The notes beneath the pieces are model-generated. The model ran no database searches. It was not told the origin of the DNA and saw only the letters and a program-made list of their open reading frames with translations. From an uncultured SAR86 cluster bacterium (GTDB lineage Bacteria; Pseudomonadota; Gammaproteobacteria; Magnimaribacterales; D2472), in the NCBI GenBank assembly GCA_902558395.1, contig CACEDS010000002.1, positions 98,043 through 162,042 on the forward strand: a DNA stretch of 64,000 nucleotides, written 5' to 3'. Positions 52,031-60,820 of the stretch are shown here, piece after piece; position 1 is the stretch's first letter; each line of letters begins with the position of its first letter. The position numbers and the translations under genes are program-made.

Positions 52031-52776
52031 GCAAAATCTCCTCTCATCAGGCTCTCGCCAATAAGAAATACGTGAATGTTATTTTCTTTGAGTAAATCAA
52101 TATCGGATTGATTTTTAATGCCAGACTCAGCAACAAAAATATTATCTGATTGAAATTCTTCCCTAAGATTAATGGAATTATTTAGATCAACCTCAAAGGT
52201 TTTTAGATTTCTATTATTTACTCCAATAATGGCATTCTTGTATGCCTGAACTCTTTTTAACTCATCTAAATCATGCACTTCAACTAAGTAATCCAGCTCC
52301 AATTCTTCTGCTAAATTAACAAAATCTTTTATTTGAATATCATCAAGAACACTTGCTATAAGAAGAATGCAATCGGCGCCTATTAATTTAGCTTCATAAA
52401 TTTGATACTCATCTACAGTAAAGTCTTTTCTTAGTATTGGCAGATTGGTTGTCTTTTTTACATCCTTAAGGTATTCAACACTTCCTTGAAAGTAGTCTTC
52501 TTCAGTAAGAATTGAGAGCGCTGAAGCACCAAAGGACTCATATTCTTTTGCTTTTTTAACTGGATCAAAATTGGTGTCTATTATGCCTGCGCTGGGCGAA
52601 GCTTTTTTTATCTCTGCAATGATGGCCTGGTCTTTGCCAGTTATATTATTCTTAAAATTTGATTTAGAAAGCTCTGTTTTCTTTAGTTGATTCAAAATAT
52701 TTTCAATAGGTAAATCTATCTTTTTTTGAACTAATTTCGCCTTAGTGTTTTCTACTATTTCATTAAGAATGGTCAT
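52027..52776 (-). CDS. trpC: indole-3-glycerol-phosphate synthase
   Basis: The motifs IAEIKKASPS, LSILTEEDYFQGS, ILRKDF and GVNNRNL are present. Confidence 0.93.
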   Translation of the reverse strand: MTILNEIVENTKAKLVQKKIDLPIENILNQLKKTELSKSNFKNNITGKDQAIIAEIKKASPSAGIIDTNFDPVKKAKEYESFGASALSILTEEDYFQGSVEYLKDVKKTTNLPILRKDFTVDEYQIYEAKLIGADCILLIASVLDDIQIKDFVNLAEELELDYLVEVHDLDELKRVQAYKNAIIGVNNRNLKTFEVDLNNSINLREEFQSDNIFVAESGIKNQSDIDLLKENNIHVFLIGESLMRGDFA

Positions 52777-53786
52777 TAGATATTTGAAACCCTTACATAG
52801 GCTGCTAATTTGTCAGCAGCTTTTCCATTATTCATTAAATCAAATGATAGCTCTACTCCCTCACTTATTGAGTCTACCTTTCTGGCAATATAAAGCGCTG
52901 CACCTGAATTGAGAGCAATCATATCTTTAACTGCAGATTTTTCTCCAGCAAAAGCTTCTTGCACCATCCTTAAACTTTCTTCAGATGATTGAGCAGCAAT
53001 ATCCTCAAATGGAGCAGAAGCTATTCCAAAATCTTCAGGACATATTGCATATTCATTTATTTTAAAATCTTTATATTCTGATATATTCGTAGGGCCGGTT
53101 ATACTTATTTCATCCAAACCATCTTCCCCGTGAACTACCATGACATGCTCCATGTCTAAATTTTTTGCAACTCTTGAAAAGGTACTTAAAAGACTATTCT
53201 CATAAACTCCAATTATTTGTCTTCTTGCCCCACAAGGATTGGTATGTGGTCCCAATAAATTAAATATTGTTTTCTTGCCTATTCGTTGTCTTGCTGGCAT
53301 TACATATTTCATTGATTCATGGTGCAAGGGTGCAAAAAGAAAGATAAAGCCAACCTGATTAAACACATTGAGCAATTTATTTCTATCGTGAGTTATGTCT
53401 GCGCCAGCTTCTGTTAGAAAGTCAGCGCTACCAGATTTACTAGAAATAGCTTTATTTCCATGTTTTGTTATCGATGCTCCGCCAGCAGCAGCAACAAAAG
53501 ATGAAGCGGTTGAGCAATTAAAAGTATGGAGTCCGGTTCCTCCAGTACCACAAGTGTCTATATGAGTTCCATCTCCTATATCAAACTTAAGAGATTTTTC
53601 TCTCATAACGGTAGCTGCAGCTGTTATTTCTGGCTCTTGAATCCCTTTTTCATTTAAGGCTAAAAGAAAACTTTCTATATCATTATCTTCGACTTCACCG
53701 CACATAATGTGATTTACAACATCCTGCATTTCTTGATTTGAAAGATCTTCCTTTCTACTTAATTTGTTAAGAATCTCCTTAATCAT
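52776..53786 (-). CDS. trpD: anthranilate phosphoribosyltransferase
   Basis: The motifs DTCGTGGTG and KHGNKAISSKSGSADFL are present, with typical length and layout. Confidence 0.95.
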   Translation of the reverse strand: MIKEILNKLSRKEDLSNQEMQDVVNHIMCGEVEDNDIESFLLALNEKGIQEPEITAAATVMREKSLKFDIGDGTHIDTCGTGGTGLHTFNCSTASSFVAAAGGASITKHGNKAISSKSGSADFLTEAGADITHDRNKLLNVFNQVGFIFLFAPLHHESMKYVMPARQRIGKKTIFNLLGPHTNPCGARRQIIGVYENSLLSTFSRVAKNLDMEHVMVVHGEDGLDEISITGPTNISEYKDFKINEYAICPEDFGIASAPFEDIAAQSSEESLRMVQEAFAGEKSAVKDMIALNSGAALYIARKVDSISEGVELSFDLMNNGKAADKLAAYVRVSNI

Positions 53787-54346
53787 AACTCTAAAAAATT
53801 TTTAATAAGCTTCATGCCGTGCCCTGTTTCAATAGATTCAGGATGAAATTGAACTCCATAAATTGGTTTATCCTTATGTTCAATTGCCATAATAACATCT
53901 GGGTTTTCTTCTAACACTGCAGTAATTTCAAGCTCGTTTGGCAGAGAATCTTTTTCAATTACAAGACTATGGTAACGAACCACTGAATAAGGGCTATCTA
54001 TGCCATTAAAAATGCCTTTCTGACTGTGTGAAATTTTAGATAACTTTCCATGAATAATTTCTGGCGCTTTTATAATTTTGCCTCCGAAAGCAGCTCCTAT
54101 AGATTGATGTCCAAGACATACTCCAAGGATCGGAACTTTTGCTTCTTGAATTAACTTTACAGATATTCCCGCTTCATTTGGTGTACAAGGTCCTGGTGAA
54201 ATTACTATTTTTTCTGGATTAAGATCCTCAATTCCTTCTATTGAAATTTCATCGTTTCTAACAACTAATACTTCTTTACCACATTCACCCACATAGTGGA
54301 CAAGGTTATATGTGAAACTATCATAATTATCAATTACTAATATCAT
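53783..54346 (-). CDS. trpG: anthranilate synthase component II (glutamine amidotransferase)
   Basis: The motifs MILVIDNYDSFTYNL, GVCLGHQ and VQFHPES form the triad GATase signature. Confidence 0.95.
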   Translation of the reverse strand: MILVIDNYDSFTYNLVHYVGECGKEVLVVRNDEISIEGIEDLNPEKIVISPGPCTPNEAGISVKLIQEAKVPILGVCLGHQSIGAAFGGKIIKAPEIIHGKLSKISHSQKGIFNGIDSPYSVVRYHSLVIEKDSLPNELEITAVLEENPDVIMAIEHKDKPIYGVQFHPESIETGHGMKLIKNFLEL

Positions 54347-55809
54347 GAGATCATTTCCAGTGCGTCTATAAAGGCTTTAGATTTTTGAATACATTCTAAC
54401 CATTCATTTTCTGGGACTGAGTCAGCAACTATTCCAGCGCCAGCACCTACATGAATTTTGTTATCTTTTATAACAGCAGTTCTTATGGCAATTGCTGTAT
54501 CTATATTTCCATTCCAAGAAATATATCCTATAGCACCACCGTATATACCTCTTGAACTGGGCTCTAATTCATTGATTATCTCCATAGCTCTAATTTTTGG
54601 CGCACCAGATAATGTCCCCGCCGGCAATGAAGCTTTTAGCGCATCAAGATAATCGAGATCCTTTGAAAGAGTGCCTTCAACATTTGAGACTATATGCATA
54701 ACATGGGAATATTTTTCAATTACCATTTTATCTGTGACTTTTACTGAGCCTATTTCTGAAACTCTACCAACATCATTTCTTCCTAAATCAATGAGCATCA
54801 GATGCTCAGCCAACTCTTTTGGATCATTTAACAAGTCTTCTTCGTTTTGTTTATCTTCTTCTAAGTCCTTACCCCTCTTTCTTGTTCCAGCAATTGGCCT
54901 TAGAGTCAATTTAGTGTCTTCAAGTCTCACCAAAATCTCAGGTGAAGACCCTACTACTTGGCACTCTTCAAGATCCAGGTAATACATATAGGGAGATGGG
55001 TTAAGCTTTCTTATAGCTCTATATAAATGAAAAGGATCTAAATCAAACTTAGAGTAAAAATCTTGAGCAAGGACAACCTGAAATACATCACCTTCTTTAA
55101 TATAATTTTTTATTGTATTTACAGCATCTAGGTATTCTTCTTTTTTAAAATTTGATTCAAATTTCATAGAACCATTTGGCTCCTTAAATTTTAATTCTTC
55201 TAGATTAGAGCTGGATGAAAAGTATGCCTTCATTTTATTTATTCGTTCTTGAACAACTTCATATGAATGTTTAGCCGGGTCAGCATTGAAGATAACTTGA
55301 GCAGAATTATTAAAATTGTCATATACAACTAATTGCTCTGCTTTAACTAAAAAAATTTCAGGCATATGTTTCTTAAATTTAGATTCCTTGGATGAAAGAT
55401 CTGAAATTCTTTTTTCAGCATATCGTGCACTTTCATATGCAAAAAAACCTACGTACCCGCCATGAAATCTTGGTAAATCAATCACATGAGGTGATTTAAA
55501 ACTTGATGTAATTTTCTGTATCTCGCCTAATGGGTCATCTGAAGTTATAGAAGTTACCTTGTTGCTATTTTTTAGTTCAACTATATCTCCGGTAACCTTT
55601 ATGGTATCAGAGCAATTAAAGCCAATGATTGAGTACTGTGACCATCTATTCCCACCTTCAACAGACTCAAGCAGAAATGTATTTTTCTTTTTTGATACCT
55701 GAGAATATAAAGTTAAGGGTGTTTGATTTTCAATGGGCAAATCCTCAACAACAGGAATAATATTAAATCCTGAATCAACATGTGCTTGAAACTCTTCCTT
55801 ACTTAGCAT
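54343..55809 (-). CDS. trpE: anthranilate synthase component I
   Basis: The protein is 488 aa. The motifs LESVEGG, NPSPYMYY, IAGTRKRG and GAGAGIVADS are present. Confidence 0.95.
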   Translation of the reverse strand: MLSKEEFQAHVDSGFNIIPVVEDLPIENQTPLTLYSQVSKKKNTFLLESVEGGNRWSQYSIIGFNCSDTIKVTGDIVELKNSNKVTSITSDDPLGEIQKITSSFKSPHVIDLPRFHGGYVGFFAYESARYAEKRISDLSSKESKFKKHMPEIFLVKAEQLVVYDNFNNSAQVIFNADPAKHSYEVVQERINKMKAYFSSSSNLEELKFKEPNGSMKFESNFKKEEYLDAVNTIKNYIKEGDVFQVVLAQDFYSKFDLDPFHLYRAIRKLNPSPYMYYLDLEECQVVGSSPEILVRLEDTKLTLRPIAGTRKRGKDLEEDKQNEEDLLNDPKELAEHLMLIDLGRNDVGRVSEIGSVKVTDKMVIEKYSHVMHIVSNVEGTLSKDLDYLDALKASLPAGTLSGAPKIRAMEIINELEPSSRGIYGGAIGYISWNGNIDTAIAIRTAVIKDNKIHVGAGAGIVADSVPENEWLECIQKSKAFIDALEMIS

Positions 55810-56248
55810 TTTGTATAACTGTGCTTATATTAATAAAGTCGCCAACATGAAATCCGTTTTTTTTAAACCAGCCTTTGTTTACTTCTAATGCATATAAGAC
55901 AGGCTTTCTAGAACATACTGACTTCATTGATAATGGCACCATATCATAAATACCTATTATTTCACCTGTATCTTCAATATAAGCAACGCTTAATGGTATT
56001 AAAGTATTTTTCATCCACATGCATTGAATTTTTTTTCTATCCCATACAAATATCATGCCGCCATCATCGGGCAAGCTCTTTCTAAACATTAAGCCAGTAT
56101 TTCGATCTTCAAGAGTTGAAACAACTTCTATTTGAGATAAGTATTTTTCTAGTGCGATAAAACCCTTACTCTCAGCAGAAATATTTATAGAAATTAAAAA
56201 AGAAAAACTAAGTAATTTTAGCGCGGAGCGTTTTAATAGTCTGCTCAT
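55799..56248 (-). CDS. DUF192-family secreted protein
   Basis: A signal peptide is followed by [18 protein letters not shown]...[15 protein letters not shown]...YALEVNKGW. This is typical of DUF192 (COG1430). The gene overlaps rpe by 41 nt and trpE by 11 nt. Confidence 0.7.
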   Translation of the reverse strand: MSRLLKRSALKLLSFSFLISINISAESKGFIALEKYLSQIEVVSTLEDRNTGLMFRKSLPDDGGMIFVWDRKKIQCMWMKNTLIPLSVAYIEDTGEIIGIYDMVPLSMKSVCSRKPVLYALEVNKGWFKKNGFHVGDFINISTVIQNAK

Positions 56249-56876
56249 AATTGTCAGTATTGAAGATAGCTGATCCAGCTACAAACGTATCTGCTCCTGC
56301 TTGTGCTGCAAGATTTATAGTATCGTTGTTGATTCCGCCATCAACCTCAAGGCGAATATCTTTACCTGTTTCATCTATCATTTTTCTAACTTTTTCTATT
56401 TTATCTAAAGAGCTATGAATAAATGATTGGCCACCAAATCCAGGATTGACACTCATTATTAAAACTAAATCTAAATCTTCAATTACGTTTTCTAATACAT
56501 CTAAAGAAGATGCTGGATTAAAAACTAAACCTGCTTTGCAATCTTGATCTTTTATTGCATGAATTGATCTATGAACATGCTTTGAAGCTTCGGGATGAAA
56601 ACTAATCAGATCAGCTCCAGCTTTTATAAAACTTTGTGCTAATTCATCAACAGGATCGATCATTAAGTGAACGTCAATAAATTCTTTTACACCAAAATCT
56701 CTTAAGGATTTACATACCATAGGTCCAATAGTTAAATTGGGCACATAATGATTATCCATAACATCAAAATGTATCCAATCCGCCCCAGCATTAAGAACAT
56801 TTACAACTTCTTCACCTAGCGTTGCAAAATTAGCAGATAGAATTGATGGTGCAATAATATATTTACTTTCACTCAT
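56208..56876 (-). CDS. rpe: ribulose-phosphate 3-epimerase
   Basis: The motifs [34 protein letters not shown] and VDGGI are present. Confidence 0.96.
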   Translation of the reverse strand: MSESKYIIAPSILSANFATLGEEVVNVLNAGADWIHFDVMDNHYVPNLTIGPMVCKSLRDFGVKEFIDVHLMIDPVDELAQSFIKAGADLISFHPEASKHVHRSIHAIKDQDCKAGLVFNPASSLDVLENVIEDLDLVLIMSVNPGFGGQSFIHSSLDKIEKVRKMIDETGKDIRLEVDGGINNDTINLAAQAGADTFVAGSAIFNTDNYEQTIKTLRAKIT

Positions 56877-56879
56877 GGG

Positions 56880-57551
56880 TTAATTTTCGTCTTTATAGGT
56901 TTTATTAGCAAGCTCTAAGCGATCAATAGTACCAGTATCTATCCAAGTAGAGTCTGTAAATTCACCAGTAACTTTATTTTTTTGAACGTACTCAACAAGT
57001 ATAGATTTCCATATATCAAATGGCGCATCTTCTATTTTTAATTCGTCAAATATTATTGGGTTGATAATCGATATGCCGCTCCATGTGCATTCATTTAAAT
57101 TATTGCTAATGGATACTTCATCAACATTAAGTGAAAAATCTCCATCAACATTGTGATCGGGATTCTCTACACCAACCAAATGAGCAATATCAACATCCTG
57201 CTTTATATCCTTTAAATTGATTTGATGATAAATGTCAGCATTAATGAGCAAAAAGGGATCTTTTCCAAGCAACCCAATAGCATTAAGAACTCCCCCTCCC
57301 GTTCCAAGAGGAATTTCTTCTTCAGAAAAACTAATATTTGCGTTTGGGAAAATCTCTAAAACGTGTTTTTTAATCATGTTTCCAAGATAGGAGACATTAA
57401 TGACAATGTCATTGAATCCCGCAGCTAATAAAGCATTGATATTTCTTTCAATGAGGGACTCATTGCCAATTTTCAATAATGGTTTTGGCAAATTTTCTGT
57501 AAGCGGCATCATTCTTTTGCCATATCCAGCTGCAAGAATCATAGCTTTCAT
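56880..57551 (-). CDS. murU: N-acetylmuramate alpha-1-phosphate uridylyltransferase
   Basis: The sequence MKAMILAAGYGKRMMPLTENLPKPLL is a nucleotidyltransferase G-loop. The protein is 223 aa. It is paired with amgK and sits next to lptD, as in Pseudomonas (from memory). Confidence 0.75.
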   Translation of the reverse strand: MKAMILAAGYGKRMMPLTENLPKPLLKIGNESLIERNINALLAAGFNDIVINVSYLGNMIKKHVLEIFPNANISFSEEEIPLGTGGGVLNAIGLLGKDPFLLINADIYHQINLKDIKQDVDIAHLVGVENPDHNVDGDFSLNVDEVSISNNLNECTWSGISIINPIIFDELKIEDAPFDIWKSILVEYVQKNKVTGEFTDSTWIDTGTIDRLELANKTYKDEN

Positions 57552-58507
57552 AAAGCCTCTAACTCCTCATGTAGTTTTGGCATAACAGTAGAACTTAGAT
57601 GCTCTTTTAAGGACATAAATTCATCATTGGGTATTAAAGTAATTAAATTTTCAAGAATTCCAGGTAAATCCTTTAATCTAAAAGTTCTATTATCTTGAAT
57701 ATATAAATTGCTAAGGGTACCTAAAATTCTCATATTGCGTTGAATACCTCCCCACCTTAACCATTCAAAAACATCTTTAACAGAAACATCTAACTGACTA
57801 CTTTCAATGTAATGTTTAAGAGCATTATTAATCAATTTATCAGAATAAGAAATGTAGTGATCTACAATTATTCCAGCTAAGTCTATACCAACTGGGCCAA
57901 TGCATAAGTCCTGAAAATCTATTACTGCAATTTTATGATTGGAATCTACAATTAGATTTCTTCTTTCAAAATCAAAATGGCAATTCATCCATGGTTGTTC
58001 GGATAACTTAGATAGTGCTCTAGACTGCAAAATTTCTAGCTCTTTTAATTTTTGACAAGATAAAAATTTTTCTAAAAAAATTGATTGGATTGTTTCCATT
58101 TGCATCATTAAAGATTCTTCATCAAGTTTATCTATTTGAGGAATATGAGCTCTTTGTATTGTAGATAGAATCTCAACTGACTGCTTCAGCAATTCAGGAT
58201 TTTTATTGAGCTCCATATCTATTAAACATTTATCTCCCAGATCTTGTTGAACAATTACTCCAGTAGCTTGATCAGCCAAAATAATTTCAGGAGAATTAAT
58301 GCTTAAGCTTGTAAAAAAATTTGATACATGAAGGAATTTATTGTGATTACCTTTTTTAGGATCGAGATAGCACATGACCAAAGACGCAGCTTTATCAAAG
58401 TGTAATCTATAGTACTCTCTTCCACTTGCCTCAAGTTTTAAGACATCAACTTCAATGGCATTAAAGCCAGTTTTGTTTGCTAGTTCTAATGCCTCTTCCT
58501 TATTCAA
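57548..58507 (-). CDS. amgK: N-acetylmuramate/N-acetylglucosamine kinase (aminoglycoside phosphotransferase fold)
   Basis: An APH-type catalytic region is present (HFDFERRNLIVD...VIDFQD). A 4-nt overlap links it to murU. Confidence 0.7.
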   Translation of the reverse strand: MNKEEALELANKTGFNAIEVDVLKLEASGREYYRLHFDKAASLVMCYLDPKKGNHNKFLHVSNFFTSLSINSPEIILADQATGVIVQQDLGDKCLIDMELNKNPELLKQSVEILSTIQRAHIPQIDKLDEESLMMQMETIQSIFLEKFLSCQKLKELEILQSRALSKLSEQPWMNCHFDFERRNLIVDSNHKIAVIDFQDLCIGPVGIDLAGIIVDHYISYSDKLINNALKHYIESSQLDVSVKDVFEWLRWGGIQRNMRILGTLSNLYIQDNRTFRLKDLPGILENLITLIPNDEFMSLKEHLSSTVMPKLHEELEAL

Positions 58508-59365
58508 TTAACTATTTTTAACTTCATCAGGTACAGGAGTATCATCAGGAACGAAGAAGTCAGGCATGAGCTCGCCGAATGGAACATTGGCATATTTTGA
58601 AAAATCTGTTACGCCAGCTTCATGAAGAACTAAGTCGTCAATACAAAAATTGCCACTAAAAGACTTAGAGTCTTTGATAAGAATTTCATAAGCAGCATCA
58701 GCCATAATATCTACATTTCGAGATAGTCTCATAATTTCATCGCCGCCAAGATGGTTCTGAACTGCAGCAGTTGCAATTGCTGTTCTAGGCCAAAGAGCAT
58801 TTACAGCTATACTTCTATCAGCAAACTCTTGAGCCATACCAAGAACACACATACTCATAGTATATTTAGCCATTGTATAAGCAACCGATCCAGCAAACCA
58901 TTTTGGGTGCATATCTAAAGGTGGAGATAGATTTAAGATATGAGGATTTGATGCCTTTTCTAAATGCGGTAAACAATATTTACTTACCATATAAGTGCCT
59001 CTTCCATTAATTTGATGCATGAGATCATATCGTTTCATTTCTGTATCTTTGACATTTGTTAACTGAATTGCAGAAGCATTGTTAATACAAATATCTATGC
59101 CACCAAAATGATCAACTGCTTTGTTTATAGCATCTCGAACATTGTCTTCGCTTCTGATATCACAAATAATAGGCAGAGCATCACCACCTGCCTCAACAAT
59201 TTCATCTGCAGCTGTATAGATTGTCCCAGGTAATTTTGGATGCGGGTCAGCAGTTTTTGCTGCTATCACAATTTTAGCACCATCTTGAGCTGCCTTTTTT
59301 GCCATAGCCAAGCCAATACCTCTGCTGCCTCCAGATATAAATATAACTTTGTCCTTTAAACTCAT
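58508..59365 (-). CDS. short-chain dehydrogenase/reductase (HSDL2-like)
   Basis: The sequence ISGGSRGIGLAMAKKAAQDGAKIVIAAKTADPHPKLPGTIYTAADEI is very similar to the HSDL2-type SDR pattern. The active-site motif is YTMAK. Confidence 0.8.
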   Translation of the reverse strand: MSLKDKVIFISGGSRGIGLAMAKKAAQDGAKIVIAAKTADPHPKLPGTIYTAADEIVEAGGDALPIICDIRSEDNVRDAINKAVDHFGGIDICINNASAIQLTNVKDTEMKRYDLMHQINGRGTYMVSKYCLPHLEKASNPHILNLSPPLDMHPKWFAGSVAYTMAKYTMSMCVLGMAQEFADRSIAVNALWPRTAIATAAVQNHLGGDEIMRLSRNVDIMADAAYEILIKDSKSFSGNFCIDDLVLHEAGVTDFSKYANVPFGELMPDFFVPDDTPVPDEVKNS

Positions 59366-59382
59366 AACTTCTTCCTTTGTTA

Positions 59383-60123
59383 TTAAAACTTTTCCATATA
59401 TGGCCTTAAATCTAATTCATGGGTCCATGCACTTCTGTGTTGAGTATGAACAAACCAATAAGCATCAGCAATAGCCTCTGGTTGAAGGATACCGTCTTTT
59501 TCCTTGAGAGCATATGTATCAGGAAAAATTTCTTTAATAAAAGCCGTATCTATTGCGCCATCTATTATGAAATGTGCGACATGAATTCCTTGAGGCCCTA
59601 GTTCTCTTGCCATACTTTGAGCTAATGCTCTAAGAGCGAATTTAGCACTTGAAAAAGCAGAAAAACCAGAACCTCCTCTCATAGAAGCTGTGGCACCAGT
59701 AAAAAATATACTCCCTCTATTTCTCTTCTTCATATGCTTTGCAGCCTCTCTTCCAGTGAGAAAACCTCCAAAAGCTGCCATCTCCCATACTTTTCTAAAA
59801 ACTCTTGAAGTTGTTTCTTCTATTGGAAAAAAAACATTTGCACCAGGGTTAAAAATTACCACATCAATAGGAGCAACCTCTTCTTCTATATGCTTAAATA
59901 AATCTTGAATGGATTCTTCTTCTCTTGCATCAACCCCAAAACATTTGATCCATCCATCTGTTTCCTTAATATCCTTTTCAAGCTTTTTGAATTTATCTAA
60001 ATCTCCCGGTCTTCTTACAGCGCAAACTTTGTAACCATTTAAGGCGAATTTCTTACAAAGCGCTGATCCTGTTGCATCTCCGGCACCTATAATAATTGCA
60101 GAATATTTTGAAAAATCTTTCAT
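59383..60123 (-). CDS. short-chain dehydrogenase/reductase
   Basis: An IIGAGDATGSAL cofactor loop, a GATAS segment and a SAFSSAKFALRALAQ active-site region are present. Confidence 0.75.
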   Translation of the reverse strand: MKDFSKYSAIIIGAGDATGSALCKKFALNGYKVCAVRRPGDLDKFKKLEKDIKETDGWIKCFGVDAREEESIQDLFKHIEEEVAPIDVVIFNPGANVFFPIEETTSRVFRKVWEMAAFGGFLTGREAAKHMKKRNRGSIFFTGATASMRGGSGFSAFSSAKFALRALAQSMARELGPQGIHVAHFIIDGAIDTAFIKEIFPDTYALKEKDGILQPEAIADAYWFVHTQHRSAWTHELDLRPYMEKF

Positions 60124-60165
60124 AACATTGTTTAATTGTTCTTACTTTATAAAATTGTAACCCAA

Positions 60166-60771
60166 ATGATAGTTGACTTTATATATGATGTCGCCACACC
60201 CAATGGCTACCTTGCACACAAGGTAATACCTGAATTCGAAAAAAGAACAAATACATCATTTAATTATATTCCTTGTCTTGCTGGAGGAATATTTAAGCTT
60301 ACTAATAATACTCCTCCTCTGATAGCTAACGCTGATGTGAAGAATAAATCTGATTATTTTTTTGTAGAAATGAATAGATGGATAAAGAAACATAAAATTG
60401 ATCAATTTAAAAATAATTCTAATTTTCCTCAAAATTCTTTACTTATTCAAAGGGGAGCAATTGCTGCTAAAGAGCTTGATATCCTAAAAGAATATGTTGA
60501 ATGTACTATGTCTGGAATGTGGGAAAAAGATTTAAATATCCAAGAAAAGGATGTTCTTGAGCAGGCCCTTAAAAACGATGGAATAGATCATGAAAAAATT
60601 TTTGAGATTATCGAAACTCAGAAATGCAAAGATCAACTAATTGCTAATACCTCCTGGGCAGTAGAAAAAGGTGCCTTTGGTATTCCAACATTTTTAGTCG
60701 ATGATCAAATCTTTTTTGGAAAAGATCATATGTATCAACTTGAAGAATATATAAATTCAAAAAAAGAATAG
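60166..60771 (+). CDS. DsbA-like / 2-hydroxychromene-2-carboxylate isomerase family protein
   Basis: The N-terminus MIVDFIYDVATPNGYLA and the C-terminus KGAFGIPTFLVDDQIFFGKD fit this family. I prefer ATG 60166 over the TTG at 60136 given in the track. Confidence 0.7.
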   Translation: MIVDFIYDVATPNGYLAHKVIPEFEKRTNTSFNYIPCLAGGIFKLTNNTPPLIANADVKNKSDYFFVEMNRWIKKHKIDQFKNNSNFPQNSLLIQRGAIAAKELDILKEYVECTMSGMWEKDLNIQEKDVLEQALKNDGIDHEKIFEIIETQKCKDQLIANTSWAVEKGAFGIPTFLVDDQIFFGKDHMYQLEEYINSKKE

Positions 60772-60820
60772 AACTTTTCTTAAAATACTCTTTCAAACCT
60801 ATGAGGTATAGAATATATAC

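Noticed and set aside
54458-54982. Plus-strand ORFs 54458-54652 and 54671-54982 inside trpE, and similar antisense ORFs inside hflX (23990-24301), katG (18812-18994), dnaG, the GH3 gene, the GcvT-like gene and surA (63149-63487, 63590-63811)
   Set aside because: Each lies opposite a gene with unambiguous homology-type motifs. None has features of its own. They are treated as spurious.
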